From positions 2,112,001 to 2,176,000 of the forward strand of contig CAVVPN010000003.1 of NCBI GenBank assembly GCA_963750165.1: a stretch of DNA of 64,000 nt. Reading direction: 5' to 3'. A program made the translations under genes and the position numbers. Shown piece after piece: positions 30,388 to 41,025 of the stretch (positions within the stretch are counted from its first letter, which is position 1; every line of letters starts with the position of its first letter). The DNA is from an uncultured Gemmataceae bacterium (lineage in GTDB: Bacteria > Planctomycetota > Planctomycetia > Gemmatales > Gemmataceae). The notes under the pieces were generated by a model. The model did no database searches and was not told where the DNA came from. It saw only the letters and a program-made list of their open reading frames with translations.

Positions 30388-30423
30388 GTCCGAGCCCGAG
30401 CGCCAGCGCGGGGCCCCGCGCTC
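30388..30423. repeat. Partial REP-like palindrome, family A
   Basis: tccgagcccgagcgccagcgcgggccccgcgct. Confidence 0.75.
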
Positions 30424-30484
30424 GCCAGAATCCGGCACGTCTGCTACACTGACAGTCCGTGAAGCATCCCCCGGAGGACCGGCG

Positions 30485-31315
30485 ATGGCATCCTCATCCG
30501 CGACCGCGGCGCCGGCGCTGCTGCTGGACGTGCAGCAGGGCGTGGCCCGCGTGACCCTGAACCGCCCGCACAGGCGCAACGCCCTGTCAGCCGAACTGCT
30601 GGCCGAACTGGAGACGACACTGACGCGCCTGGCCGTTGATGCCGCGGTGCGCGTCGTGGTGCTGGCGGCCGCCGGCCCGGTCTTCAGCGCCGGCCACGAC
30701 CTCGGCGAGATGGTCGGCGGCAGTGAGGCGTCGTACCGCGCGCTGTTCGAGCGCTGTGCGCGTGTCATGCAACTGCTGCACAAACTGCCGCAGCCGGTGG
30801 TGGCGCGCGTGCAAGGTCTGGCGACCGCGGCGGGCTGCCAGCTGGTGGCGGCGTGCGACCTGGCGGTGGCCGCGGAGGAGGCGGCGTTCGCCACGCCTGG
30901 CGTCAAGATCGGCCTGTTCTGCACGACACCGATGGTGCCGCTGGTGCGCACGATCGCGCCGCGGGCTGCGCTGGAGATGCTGCTGACGGGTCGGCCCATC
31001 CCGGCGCTGCGGGCGTACGAACTGGGCCTGGTCAACCGTGTCGTGCCGGCCGCCGAGCTGGACGCCGCGGTGCAGGACTACGCGGACGCCTTGCTGGCGT
31101 CGAGCCCGTGGACGCTGCGGATCGGCAAGGCGGCGTTTTACGACCAGTTGCCGCTGGACGAGGCCACCGCCTACGCGCGGGCCACCGCGGTGATGACCGA
31201 CAACGCCCTGCACCGCGACGCCCAGGAGGGCATCAGCGCCTTCCTGCAAAAACGTCGGCCGCAGTGGACCGACTCAGATCAAGGCGTTAATCGGCCAACT
31301 TCACCAGGACCGTGA
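30485..31315 (+). CDS. Enoyl-CoA hydratase/isomerase
   Basis: [44 protein letters not shown]. Confidence 0.93.
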   Translation: MASSSATAAPALLLDVQQGVARVTLNRPHRRNALSAELLAELETTLTRLAVDAAVRVVVLAAAGPVFSAGHDLGEMVGGSEASYRALFERCARVMQLLHKLPQPVVARVQGLATAAGCQLVAACDLAVAAEEAAFATPGVKIGLFCTTPMVPLVRTIAPRAALEMLLTGRPIPALRAYELGLVNRVVPAAELDAAVQDYADALLASSPWTLRIGKAAFYDQLPLDEATAYARATAVMTDNALHRDAQEGISAFLQKRRPQWTDSDQGVNRPTSPGP

Positions 31316-32439
31316 AGTCGCCCACGGCCGCGGGGTTCAAGCTGGTGGCGATGACGCGATACGTGCCCGTCCGCTCGCACTTGAAGTCGATCCGGGAGTT
31401 CAGCGTCATCTCGTCGGGGGCGTCGTCGTTGAAGGCCAGTTCCTTGCCGGCGTCGTCCTCCAGGCGCAGGACGGTATCAAGCTGCTTCGGGTTGGCGGCG
31501 TTCAGGCGGAGCGTATACGCCTTGCCGGCGGACAGCTTGACCAGAAAGACCTGTAGTGCGACTGCCGCCGCTTTTTGTCCAGGGGGGTCGCCGGGAGACA
31601 GCTTGCCCACAACCTTCAGGCCGTCGCCGCCGCCGACCACGTGCGCCTTGCCCACTCCCAGGAGCTTCACCTCAACGCGGTTGGCCGCCAGGAAGGCGAC
31701 GACTTCGTCGCGCTCGATGACATAGGCGGTGCGCGGTTCCTTGTCCAGGCTGTGGCTCTGGTGGACCCCGACCAGCTCGCCATGCTTGTTGACCACCATG
31801 CACCCACTCTGGCCGGTCTGGCTGGGTAGGTCGGTCTCCAGCATCACCATCTCCACCGGCCGGTCCTCCTGCCCTTCTTTTTTGGAAACGCCTTTCTTCG
31901 CGCCGACTCCGAGGACGGTGTTGGGGAGGAACCGCCACAGCGGTTCGTTGCCGGGGTTGCCGAAATGGTAGACGCGCTTCCCCTTGGTGGCCCCCTGCGG
32001 GGCGAACGGCACCGCCACCGCCCCGGCCGGCAGCGCGGGCAGTTCCAGCAGCGCGAGGTCGCGTTTTATGTCCACGGCGATCACCTTGGCGGGGTAGCCG
32101 CGCTTCTGGGTGATCGTGGGCAGATACTGCTTGCGGTCGGTCAGCAACTGGCCGTTAACGTACCCCGGGAAGAGCACCTGCACGCCCGTTCGGTTGGCAA
32201 TGATGTGATAGTTGGTAATGAGGAAGCTTGCGCTTGGTGTCCAGCACCCAGGCGGAGCCCTGGTAGAAGCCCGTCTTGCCCTCGACCTGGACGGGGATAG
32301 CCACCCAGGCGATCGACTTGAACAGCTTCGCCTGAAGCTTCTTCTCCTGGGCGTCCAGTTCCTTGGCGGGCTGCTGGGCCGGGGCGTGGAGGACGAAGGC
32401 TACCAGGGTGCCGGCAAGGGCGAACAGGCGTGCTTTCAT
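31287..32439 (-). CDS. Secreted trypsin-like serine protease with C-terminal PPC-like domain (frameshift near 32223)
   Basis: Signal peptide [17 protein letters not shown] then ITNYHI (His), KRDLALL (Asp), GQSG (Ser); [19 protein letters not shown]. Confidence 0.8.
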
Positions 32440-32498
32440 GGGTCGTGCTCCAACACAAATGAGGGTCGGGGAACGGGATGATTATTGCAGATTGCGAA

Positions 32499-32568
32499 TG
32501 GGTGTAGCGGAAGTCGCCAGACTTCCGAGCAGCACCGGACGGAAGTCTGGCGACTTCCGCTACACCCA
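32499..32568. repeat. REP-like hairpin
   Basis: tgggtgtagcggaagtcgccagacttccg...cggaagtctggcgacttccgctacaccca. Confidence 0.88.
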
Positions 32569-32688
32569 ACTGCGAACCGCTCCAGAGGGGTGCGGCGGAG
32601 CAAATGCAAGGGAAATCGGCAACCCGTGCGTGCCTCCCCCTGTCCGCCGTTCGCGGCCTGGCGCGGCCGTGGATGGGTTGACCTGATC

Positions 32689-32716
32689 TTGCCATTTTGC
32701 CAGCGGCCGTTAAAAT
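32689..32716 (+). promoter_or_regulatory. Putative sigma-70 promoter for tRNA-His
   Basis: TTGCCA-N16-TAAAAT ending 12 bp before the tRNA. Confidence 0.6.
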
Positions 32717-32727
32717 TCACTGAAGAT

Positions 32728-32801
32728 GGTGGGTGTAGCTCAGTTGGTAGAGCTCCAGACTGTGGCTCTGGCTGTCGCGGGTTCGAGTCCCGTCACTCAC
32801 C
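32728..32801 (+). tRNA. tRNA-His (GTG), with G-1 and C73; CCA not encoded
   Basis: Acceptor GTGGGTG/CACTCAC, D-arm GCTCAGTTGGTAGAGC, anticodon arm CCAGA-CTGTGGC-TCTGG, T-loop GTTCGAG. Confidence 0.97.
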
Positions 32802-32865
32802 CTTGACGTAAGTTCCTGGCTGATTGCGAGATACCAACACCCTTTCCTGGCCCGAAGTCCAGGTT

Positions 32866-33361
32866 TTATTCCTTCAGCACTCCTGGCGGCTCGTCCTCAC
32901 CCGAAATAAAGATTTCGACAGAGTGATCCGACTTCAGCTTGTCAAGGCGAAAAACCAGGTTTTCTTGCCGCAGAAGCTTACCCCTTCTTGACCTTACCCT
33001 GCCAGCACATTTCCTCGGTGATGGGGCCGGGGCCGACGCCGGCACCCTGGGGCTGCAGGACCGGCTTGCCGTCGGCGTCAATGCCGCCGAAGGGCTTCGT
33101 CAAACGCCCCAGCGGCTTCAGCAACTTGTTGGCCTCTTCCAGCTGTTTGGAGGCGTTTTCCAGTGATTTGGAGGTGTTTTCCAGGTGCCGTTCCATCCGC
33201 CGCATGGTGGCCTGCGTCTCGGCCAGGTTGGTGTTGGCCTCGGCCAGCTGGCTGCGCATGATGGCCATCTGGTTGTTGGTGTTATCGATGCGCCGCGTGA
33301 CCGGGGTGAAACACCCCACCTGCGCGAGCACCAGCAGCAAACAACCGATCCTTCGGTTCAT
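32866..33361 (-). CDS. Hypothetical lipoprotein with coiled coil (probable frameshift in a G4 run near 32980)
   Basis: Lipobox-like QVGC, heptad-rich segment; removing one G joins VKKG to KLLRQENLVFRLDK...GVLKE*. Confidence 0.6.
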
Positions 33362-33427
33362 GATGGCCTCCCCCGACCGTATCGGCCCTGTCGGGGAGGC
33401 TGAAGCAGTTTTTCCGAACGTTCTCGC

Positions 33428-34380
33428 CTACCGATTTTTCCCAGTCTGCGGAGGATTCCGTACCACCTGCCCCACCAGTTCCAGCACCGCCGCCTGGTAG
33501 CGCTGCGGATCCACTTTGACTAAAGATTCGTGGCCAGCCTCGGGAATCCACACCAGTTTGCCGTGCGTGGCGACGCGCGCGAACAGCGCCGAGCTTCTTC
33601 GGGCCGCGCCCGGTCGTCGCGGTCGCCGGCCAGGATCAGCACCGGCTGCGTCTCCGGGATGGCGTCGATGGCGCGCAGCGGGGCGATGCGGTCCACGTCC
33701 TCGAAGAACAGCGGCGCCGTCAGGCTCAGGCCCGCGTAGGCGACCTGGGGACACGGCGGCGGACTGTAGTTCTCCAGACGGTTCCACAGAGCGGTGCGCA
33801 GGTCCTGATAGGGACTCTCCAGGATCCAGCCGGCCACGTCGTCGCGCACCGCCGTGGCCGCGAACACCGCCGCGGCCGCACCCATCGAGACGCCGCGAAC
33901 GATGATCGGCGCCGCCGAGCAGCGCTGGCGCAGGAACGCCACCGCCGCGGCCACATCGTGGCGGGCGCCGTAGCCGTAGTCGTTGTAGTCGCCGCTGGAG
34001 TCGCCGTGGGCGCGCAGCGACACCAGCAGCACGGCACAGCCGGCCTGGGCGAAGACCTGCGCGGCCTCCAGGCTGTGGCCGCGGTGGCCGCGGTGGCCGT
34101 GCAGCAGCAGCACGGCGGGCCGGCCCGGCTTGCCGTCCAGGAACCAGGCCCCGAGTTCCTCGCCATCGCTGGTGTGCAGGCGGTGTTCTTCCAGGCGGCC
34201 GTGCGGAAAGGCCGGGGCGGGCTCGGCGAACGGGGCGAGCGGCCGGCGCGTGTGCCAGTACGTACCCACCACCGCGCCCAGCAGCCACAGCACGACCAGT
34301 ACGAACATCGTCACCACGCCGCGGCGCAGCCATTTTCGACAGGACACGAGCTTCCTCCGTTGGGTCAAGATGACATTCAC
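33428..34380 (-). CDS. Alpha/beta hydrolase (frameshift near 33588)
   Basis: LLLHG, LRAHGDSSG, GVSMG nucleophile elbow, AGDRD; catalytic His motif EAGHE lies in the other frame. Confidence 0.85.
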
Positions 34381-35042
34381 TCCTCGTCGTTCGCTGGCGC
34401 GGACAGGTCGGGGCCGCGAGCCGGGGCCGTCAGGCTGAGGACAATGCCGAGGCCGTCGTTGGGCAGGAGCCCCTGCGGCGTGCGGATGCCGTGCGGCACC
34501 AGGTTGAGCACGGCCCCGGTGGTCGCCGTCAGGGCCAGGCTCTGCAGCGCGATCAGCCCGAGGTCATCGCCGCGGTGGAACAGCACGTCCGGCCCGACCA
34601 CGGCCAGCAGCGCCGTCGCCAGCGCCAGTTCGATGCCCGGGCCGGCGAAGTAGACCAGGGCACTTTTCCAGCGGTTGAAGCGGCCGTCCGCGGGGCCGCA
34701 CCTGACGAAGCCCTCCAGAGCCAACAGGCGCACCTCGACCGGCACGCCGGCCACGGAGAAACTGGCCAGCAGCCGGCCGACGCCGATGACGACACGGCTG
34801 ACGCGCCAACCCAGCAGCGCCGCCATGAGTGCGTGGCCGAGTTCGTGCCACGCGATCAGCGGCAGCCAGAACAGCACGAAAAACAGGGCGCTAAGCTTGC
34901 CCGGCGCGAAGTTGTGGATCACCTCGGCGGCGAACAGACCGAGGATGAGCATAAGGAACAGCACGTAACTGACGCGCTCGCCCGGCGGCACCGGCACGTC
35001 GCGCCCCGCGTCGATCCACATGGGCAGGCCCTCCAGGCTCAT
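34377..35042 (-). CDS. M50-family (site-2-type) membrane metallopeptidase
   Basis: HELGH zinc motif, YFAGP, NLVP...NDG. Confidence 0.85.
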   Translation of the reverse strand: MSLEGLPMWIDAGRDVPVPPGERVSYVLFLMLILGLFAAEVIHNFAPGKLSALFFVLFWLPLIAWHELGHALMAALLGWRVSRVVIGVGRLLASFSVAGVPVEVRLLALEGFVRCGPADGRFNRWKSALVYFAGPGIELALATALLAVVGPDVLFHRGDDLGLIALQSLALTATTGAVLNLVPHGIRTPQGLLPNDGLGIVLSLTAPARGPDLSAPANDEE

Positions 35043-35059
35043 CGTACCAGACTGATCAA

Positions 35060-35189
35060 AACCACGGAACACACAGAAAACACGGAAAAAGACAGAAGAG
35101 CGAATGAGACGGGTTGAAGTCGTGAGACTTGCACCTTGCTCACCCACTCTTCCGTCTTTTTTCCGTGTGTTCCGTGTGTTCCGTGGTTT
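35060..35189. repeat. Imperfect inverted repeat with ACACGGAA submotifs
   Basis: aaccacggaacacacagaaaacacggaaaaagac...gtcttttttccgtgtgttccgtgtgttccgtggtt. Confidence 0.8.
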
Positions 35190-35203
35190 CCCGGTCTTGC
35201 CGT

Positions 35204-35845
35204 TCAACCCAGTTTCCGTTTGATCTGCTCCAGCAGCAGTTGTTCGATGTCCGCGTCGCGGCCTCTGGGGATCCAGCGCGACTCGAAGACGGTCGGGTCG
35301 ATGACCTCGTACTGCCGTTCGACGTTGTTGATGCTGCTGAAGACGGCGGCGCCGGCGGTGGAGCGCACGGGTCGCGGCAGATCCTCCAGTTCCTTGTACA
35401 CCGTCAGCGCGATGAAGTAGCCGCCGTTCTGGGCGGGCTGCACGACGACGAAGCAACGGTGACGGTAGGATTGCAGCGTACACAGCAGGCGGTCGTACAG
35501 CTCGGGGTTGCCGGGCTTGAAGAACCCGGCGAGGCCCGGGGCGGTGCGCGGCACCGTCTCGATGTGGCCGTCATACATGTTCGATTCGAGGATGCGGAAG
35601 CCGAAGTCGCTGAGCGTGGACAGGGTGGCGTCGAACACCTTGCGGTAGGACTCGAAGGTGGGGCCGAGCGACACGTACAGGGGGTTTTCGAGGATGGCGA
35701 CGGCCTCGCCGCCCGGCACGAAGACAGGGGCGTCCATGGCCGGGGCCGGGGGCGGCACCACGTCCGGCGCCGGCCCGGCGGTCATGCACCCACCGACCAG
35801 CGTCAGCACCACCACGGCCCAGACCGTCCCCAGGGTTCGCGACAT
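35204..35845 (-). CDS. Hypothetical lipoprotein
   Basis: Lipobox VGGC, ENPLYV, TLQSYRHR, VYKELEDLPRP, WIPRGRD..IEQ. Confidence 0.75.
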   Translation of the reverse strand: MSRTLGTVWAVVVLTLVGGCMTAGPAPDVVPPPAPAMDAPVFVPGGEAVAILENPLYVSLGPTFESYRKVFDATLSTLSDFGFRILESNMYDGHIETVPRTAPGLAGFFKPGNPELYDRLLCTLQSYRHRCFVVVQPAQNGGYFIALTVYKELEDLPRPVRSTAGAAVFSSINNVERQYEVIDPTVFESRWIPRGRDADIEQLLLEQIKRKLG

Positions 35846-36067
35846 CCCGTCACCCCCGCTGCCCGACGCTTCGCCCCGACGGCCGCCGCGGCAGCCTCGG
35901 ACCCATGCTTCTGACTTCACTGGAAGGGTGGGGGTTATGCCGACCGCAGGCCGCGCTGTCAAGAGCAGTACGCGCTCGTGAGCGGCGGCGAATTTCGTTG
36001 CCCGGCCGCGGAACGACCGGATACCATACGCTGGAACCTGTCGTCCGGTTGCCCTGGAGACCGCGCC

Positions 36068-36505
36068 ATGAGACTGACCAGCTGGGACCGCATCCTGGCA
36101 CCCACGGACCTGAGCCCGTTCGCCGAGAAGGCCGTGCAGTACGCCCACCGACTGGCCGAGGACCTCGGCGCGGAGTTGCACGTGCTGCACGTGGCCCAGG
36201 ACGTGACGGAGCTGACGAAGCTGATGCCGGCCACCGGCGTCATCGACCCGGACGATTTGGCCGACGACTACCACCGCTGGTTGGCGGCGCTGGTGGGCGA
36301 GCGCGGCAACGTCCGCCGCGTTGAGGCGGTGCGCATCGGCGCCGACGTGGCCGAGTCCGTCCGCCATTACGCCGACCAGAACGCCGTTGACCTGATCGTG
36401 CTGGCCACGCACGGCCGCACGGGGCTGCTACACCTGCTGACCGGCAGTGTGGCCGAGAAGCTGCTGCGCGTGGCGCCGTGCCCCGTGCTGATGCTGCGGC
36501 CGTGA
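36068..36505 (+). CDS. Universal stress protein (UspA family)
   Basis: ILAPTDLS, LHVLHV, DLIVLATHGRTG....GSVAEKLLRVAPCPVL. Confidence 0.95.
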   Translation: MRLTSWDRILAPTDLSPFAEKAVQYAHRLAEDLGAELHVLHVAQDVTELTKLMPATGVIDPDDLADDYHRWLAALVGERGNVRRVEAVRIGADVAESVRHYADQNAVDLIVLATHGRTGLLHLLTGSVAEKLLRVAPCPVLMLRP

Positions 36506-36521
36506 ATCCGTGGGGCAGAAA

Positions 36522-37028
36522 TCACGCCGTCGCTGGCGGCCCCGCGTAGCGGTAAGCGTCGCCCAGCTGGCGGCGCGTCAGGTGAATGATTTCCTGCGTG
36601 TGCCCCTGGAAGTGCGGCACACAACGGAACAGCGCCTGCAACGCATTCACGTCCGCCTTCTGCACGCGGCGGACGCGCAGCAGTTCGTCGGCGGACAGGT
36701 TCGCCAGCACCTGCCGCGCCTCGGTCACAACCGCTTCGAGGCGGCGCAGCAGTTCCGCCTTCGCAATGGGCCCGCGCTCGGCGAACTCCTGCGGCCGCTG
36801 CCGCACATCCGCGGCGCCACCCAGGCCGGCGCCGACGTATTGCCGCAGGTTGCCGGCCAGGTGCAGCATCAGGTTGGCGACACTGTTCACGTCCGCGGCC
36901 GGCCGCCACCACACCTGCTCCTCGCTCAGCTGTTCGACGCAGTGCCGAATGCGTCCGAATGCCTTCGTCAGCTCCTCGGCGGCCGCCGCCGTGACCGCCG
37001 CCGCCAGTTGTTCCGCGTTCGCTGTCAT
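36522..37028 (-). CDS. DinB/DUF1572-family protein
   Basis: LSEEQVWWRP, NSVANLMLHLAGN, R.RPQEF, HFQGHTQEI. Confidence 0.85.
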   Translation of the reverse strand: MTANAEQLAAAVTAAAAEELTKAFGRIRHCVEQLSEEQVWWRPAADVNSVANLMLHLAGNLRQYVGAGLGGAADVRQRPQEFAERGPIAKAELLRRLEAVVTEARQVLANLSADELLRVRRVQKADVNALQALFRCVPHFQGHTQEIIHLTRRQLGDAYRYAGPPATA

Positions 37029-37103
37029 GGCCCCTTCCTCCGCTGGCGTATAAGATTCCCCTTCAGCAACCCCCTGCACCATCCCACACTGGGGAGCCAA
37101 CCC

Positions 37104-38231
37104 ATGTTGCCGTTCCGCTCGTCCCTGGCCATTTTACTGGGAAGTCTGCTCATGACCGCACCCGCTACCGCGTCCGACGTGTCCGGGCCGGCGCCGTTCG
37201 GCAAAACGTCCGACGGCCAGCCGGTCGAGGTCTACACGCTCAAAAGTGCAAAGGGCCTGGTGGTCAAGGTGATGACCCTGGGCGCCACCATTGTCGAGGT
37301 GGACGCCCCGGACAAAACCGGCAAGGCCGCCAACGTGGTGCTCGGCTTCGACGACGCGGCCGGTTACCAGTCAGACGCCAACCAGTACTTCGGCAGCACG
37401 ACCGGCCGCGTCTGCAACCGCATCGCGCTGGGCAAGTTCACGGTGGACGGCAAGGACTACAAGGTGGCGGTCAACAACGGTCGCCATCATCTGCACGGCG
37501 GCGTCAAGCGCAGCCTCGACAAGGTGCTGTGGAAGGCCGCCATCCACAAGAACGGCAAGCAGCCGGCGCTGGTCCTGACCTACACGAGCCCCGACGGCGA
37601 GGAGGGCTACCCCGGCACGCTCCAGGTCCAGGTGACTTATGAGGTGACGGACACCAACGAGTTGCGCATCACCTGGCAAGCGACAACGGACAGGCTGACG
37701 CCGGTGAACCTGACCAATCACGCCTACTTCAACCTCGGCGGCGCCGGCGCGGAGACGGCGCTCGACCACGAGTTGCAGGTGGACGCGAAGGAGTACACGC
37801 CGACCGATGATGAATTGATCCCGACCGGCAAGCTGGCGGCGGTGGCCGGCACGCCGCTGGACTTCACGAAGTTGACGCGCGTCGGCGCCCGTATCGAGCC
37901 GCTGCTGAAAACGGGAGCCATCGGCTACGACCACAACTTCGTGTTGTCGAAGCGCGGCGCCGCGCCGACCTTCGCCGCGCGCCTGAAGGATCCGAAGTCC
38001 GGCCGCGTGCTGACGGTCAGCACGACGCAACCGGGCCTGCAAGTGTACAGCGGCAACTTCCTGAAAGGCCAGAAGGGCAAAGCCGGGCAGACGTACCGCC
38101 CGCGCAGCGCCATCTGTCTGGAGACGCAGCACTTCCCGGATGCGGTCCATCACGCGAACTTCCCGTCGATCCTGCTGCGGCCGGGGGAGACGTACCGGCA
38201 ACAGACTGTGTATGCTTTTTCAGCGGAGTGA
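37104..38231 (+). CDS. galM: Aldose 1-epimerase (galactose mutarotase) with signal peptide
   Basis: GRVCNRI, HLHGG, DGEEGYPG, NLTNHAYFNL, GYDHNF, ICLETQHFPD. Confidence 0.93.
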   Translation: MLPFRSSLAILLGSLLMTAPATASDVSGPAPFGKTSDGQPVEVYTLKSAKGLVVKVMTLGATIVEVDAPDKTGKAANVVLGFDDAAGYQSDANQYFGSTTGRVCNRIALGKFTVDGKDYKVAVNNGRHHLHGGVKRSLDKVLWKAAIHKNGKQPALVLTYTSPDGEEGYPGTLQVQVTYEVTDTNELRITWQATTDRLTPVNLTNHAYFNLGGAGAETALDHELQVDAKEYTPTDDELIPTGKLAAVAGTPLDFTKLTRVGARIEPLLKTGAIGYDHNFVLSKRGAAPTFAARLKDPKSGRVLTVSTTQPGLQVYSGNFLKGQKGKAGQTYRPRSAICLETQHFPDAVHHANFPSILLRPGETYRQQTVYAFSAE

Positions 38232-38526
38232 CGCCGGCCTTGAGCTGTCTTGCAGGGCGGCCCGGGCAATGTGAGCGGCCTGGGCGGCGGTGGTGTGGTT
38301 CTGGGTCGCGGCTTCTAACCGCTGACAGGAGCCGCCGGCAGGAGCGGAACCGCGGTTGCGAACTGCCCGTGGGAGGCGAGCAAGCCACCACGAGCGGTTT
38401 TTGCGCCAACAGCGCGTACCGCAGCCGTCGTGACGAAGTTTCGGCCACGCAGACGAACAATCCCCCCGACGCCTCCCGAGTTCCTCCCGGGCACGGCGCA
38501 CCGCCAAGAATTTCTTGTTCATTTCT

Positions 38527-38541
38527 CCTGATTAAATCAGG
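38527..38541. promoter_or_regulatory. Candidate operator palindrome
   Basis: CCTGATT-A-AATCAGG perfect dyad in an AT-rich stretch upstream of the RND operon. Confidence 0.4.
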
Positions 38542-38653
38542 GGTTACAGCAGTTCTTTCGTTTTCATCGGCCTCCGGCACGGTTCGTGCAAAAAGGTACA
38601 AGCACGCAGCAAAACCGGCGGATCGGCCGTCGCGTGGCTGTGGGGAGACGTTC

Positions 38654-39412
38654 ATGACCGCGATCACTCTCAACCGCGTCGCCGTGTGGCTCGACGCTCT
38701 GGCGCCGCGGCAGGGAGCATTTCCGTTTGCCCTGGAGTGGGCGGAGCGACTGGGCTGGTGCCTGCAAGGCATCGTGCCGGCCGGTTGGGAGTCGGGCGGG
38801 CCGGACCTCCGGCAAATCCTGGACGCCTGCACGGGTGCCTGTGCCAACCACGGCGTCACCTGGGAACCGACCGCCGAGGGGAAAGCCAACCCCGCCGGGT
38901 TGTGCGCTGTCGGCGTCGGCCTGGCGCCGGCCGAACGCGAAGCGGTCGTCCGCCGGGCGCTGGCCGACGGACACACTGCTGTCCTGGTGTGCCCGCCGCT
39001 GTGGCAGCCGCTGTCGCGGGTGTTGATTTTGGACCAGCACCACCGCGGCTCGTTTCTGACGCGGGCGGCGAACCTGTGCCGCACTCTCGGCGTTGAGCCG
39101 GTGGTGCTCACGGTGGCGGCCTCGGAGTCCGAGGCCTTGACGGCCCGGACAGTGGCCGAACAGACCTTCGCCACCCAGCGCGTCGGGGCGGATGTGGATT
39201 TCATCGTCGGCTACGACCTGACGACGGCCGCGTCCTGGGTGGCGCGGTGGCGGCGCTGCACGCATCTGTTCGTTGAAGGCCACCCGTCCACGCCCTGGTG
39301 GCGCCGCTTCCTGGGCGACCAGGCGGCGGAATTGTTGTCCCTGGCTCGGACCTGCACCGTGCTGGCCCTGCCGCCCTCGGTCCCCACCCTTGCCGATGGG
39401 ACGCCGAATTAA
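38654..39412 (+). CDS. Hypothetical protein, possibly a degenerate tandem USP-like fold
   Basis: GGGGAG upstream; RVAVWLD...ALEWA and RVLILD...VVLTVA...TVLALP patterns. Confidence 0.6.
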   Translation: MTAITLNRVAVWLDALAPRQGAFPFALEWAERLGWCLQGIVPAGWESGGPDLRQILDACTGACANHGVTWEPTAEGKANPAGLCAVGVGLAPAEREAVVRRALADGHTAVLVCPPLWQPLSRVLILDQHHRGSFLTRAANLCRTLGVEPVVLTVAASESEALTARTVAEQTFATQRVGADVDFIVGYDLTTAASWVARWRRCTHLFVEGHPSTPWWRRFLGDQAAELLSLARTCTVLALPPSVPTLADGTPN

Positions 39413-39460
39413 TAATGATTTCATGTTCGCTGGTCTTTTTTGATGGAGTGAGGTTTGACA

Positions 39461-40858
39461 ATGACGGAGACCAAACGCAATTCCTCGTGGCTGTGGTGGA
39501 CGGCGTTCGTGCTGGGAGTGGTGGTCGTGGCCGGTGTGCTGGTCGGGTACATCCTGACCCGGAACAGCACGGCAGCCCCCGCGCACGCCCACAACACCTC
39601 GGCCGACGATGACGAGCAGGAAATTGCCCCCAACATCCCCAAAGTGCGCGTGGTCCGGCCCGTGTCCGGCGGCACTGAACATATCACCCAGCAGCCGGGC
39701 ACCGTGCAGGCGTTTGAATCGGCGCCCATCATCGCCGAGGTGTCGGGCTACCTCAAGGAACTGCGCGTAGACATTGGTTCGCGCGTGAAGGAGGGCGACA
39801 TTCTGGCCGTCATCGACGTGCCCGATCTGAAGAAGACGGCGGAGCGCAACAAGGCGGCCTACGAGCAGCAGTTGGCCCGCGTCAAGCAGATGCAGGCCCA
39901 GGTCAAGGTCGCCAACGCCGAGGTGGACGCCGCCAAGGCGGCCGAGATCCAGGCGGCGGCCACCCTCCGGAGCAATGAGGCCTGGGCCCGCTTCCGCCAC
40001 CTGCAGATGAACCGCATGGAACGACTGTTCAAGAACACCTCCATCGAGGAGAAACTCCTGGACGAGGCCAAGGAGCGCTATGAGGCGTCCGAGGAGACGG
40101 TGCGGTCGTCCCAGGCGGCCATCAAGACCACCCTGGCCCAGCGGCAGGCGAAGGAGGCCGCCGTCGAGAAGGCCGAGGAGGATGTCAAGGCAGCCCGGGC
40201 CGAGGCCGAAGTGGCCCAGGCCGAGTGGCAGCGGTCCCTGGTCCTCGTCAATTTCGCCACCCTGAAGGCCCCCTTTGACGGCATCGTCACGGTGCGCAAC
40301 GTGAACCGCGGCGACTTCATCCGCGCCGCCGCCACGGGCGCCAACTCCCCGCTGGTTGTTGTCGAGCGCGAGGATCTCATGCGGGTGGTCGTTCAGATCC
40401 CCGACCGCGACGTGAACTTCACCGACAAGGGCGACAAGGCCACCGTGGAACTGGACGCGCTGCCGGGCCAGAAGTTCGAGGGCAAGGTCGCCCGCACCGC
40501 CGGCTCCGAGGATCAGCACACGCGGCTGATGCGTATCGAGATCGACCTGCCCAACCCGACCGGCCGCATCAAACAGGGCATGTTCGGCCAGGTGACCATC
40601 ATCCTGGAGAAGTCCGACGATCCGATGACGATCCCCACGGCGGCCCTGGTTGGCGAGACGAAGGGCAACCGCGGCCAGGTGTTTGTGGTCCGCGACGGCA
40701 AGGCGGTCCAGGTGCCGGTCGAACTGGGCGTGAGCTACGGCGGCCGCGTCGGCGTCCGCAACGGGCTGACCCTTCAGGATGAGGTGATCGCCAATCCGGG
40801 CCGGAACCTGCACAACGGCACCGCCGTCGAGGTGGAACCCGGCTCCCGCAAGGCCTGA
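39461..40858 (+). CDS. RND efflux periplasmic adaptor (membrane fusion protein)
   Basis: N-terminal TM, AEVSGYL...VDIGSRVKEGDILA, long hairpin, LKAPFDGIVT.RNV..GD, IPTAAL. Confidence 0.95.
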   Translation: MTETKRNSSWLWWTAFVLGVVVVAGVLVGYILTRNSTAAPAHAHNTSADDDEQEIAPNIPKVRVVRPVSGGTEHITQQPGTVQAFESAPIIAEVSGYLKELRVDIGSRVKEGDILAVIDVPDLKKTAERNKAAYEQQLARVKQMQAQVKVANAEVDAAKAAEIQAAATLRSNEAWARFRHLQMNRMERLFKNTSIEEKLLDEAKERYEASEETVRSSQAAIKTTLAQRQAKEAAVEKAEEDVKAARAEAEVAQAEWQRSLVLVNFATLKAPFDGIVTVRNVNRGDFIRAAATGANSPLVVVEREDLMRVVVQIPDRDVNFTDKGDKATVELDALPGQKFEGKVARTAGSEDQHTRLMRIEIDLPNPTGRIKQGMFGQVTIILEKSDDPMTIPTAALVGETKGNRGQVFVVRDGKAVQVPVELGVSYGGRVGVRNGLTLQDEVIANPGRNLHNGTAVEVEPGSRKA

Positions 40859-40865
40859 CCGCTGC

Positions 40866-40910
40866 GGCCGAAGCGCCAGCGGGTTCCCTCGCTCGCGCTT
40901 CGGGCTCAGA
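40866..40910. repeat. Degenerate REP-like palindrome, family A
   Basis: ccgaagcgccagcggg...cctcgctcgcgcttcgg. Confidence 0.6.
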
Positions 40911-41025
40911 CTGAAGTTGCTGTCGCACGCCCATCCGAAAACTCCCGAACCAAACGAACCCCCTGACGAGTGCCGCCGAGACTGTGATCGGCGGCACTTT
41001 TCCACGCCTATAAGGAAACACTTAT

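Noticed and set aside
32728..33420. tRNA-His as a prophage or island integration site
   Set aside because: No integrase nearby and no duplicated tRNA 3' end noticed in the window
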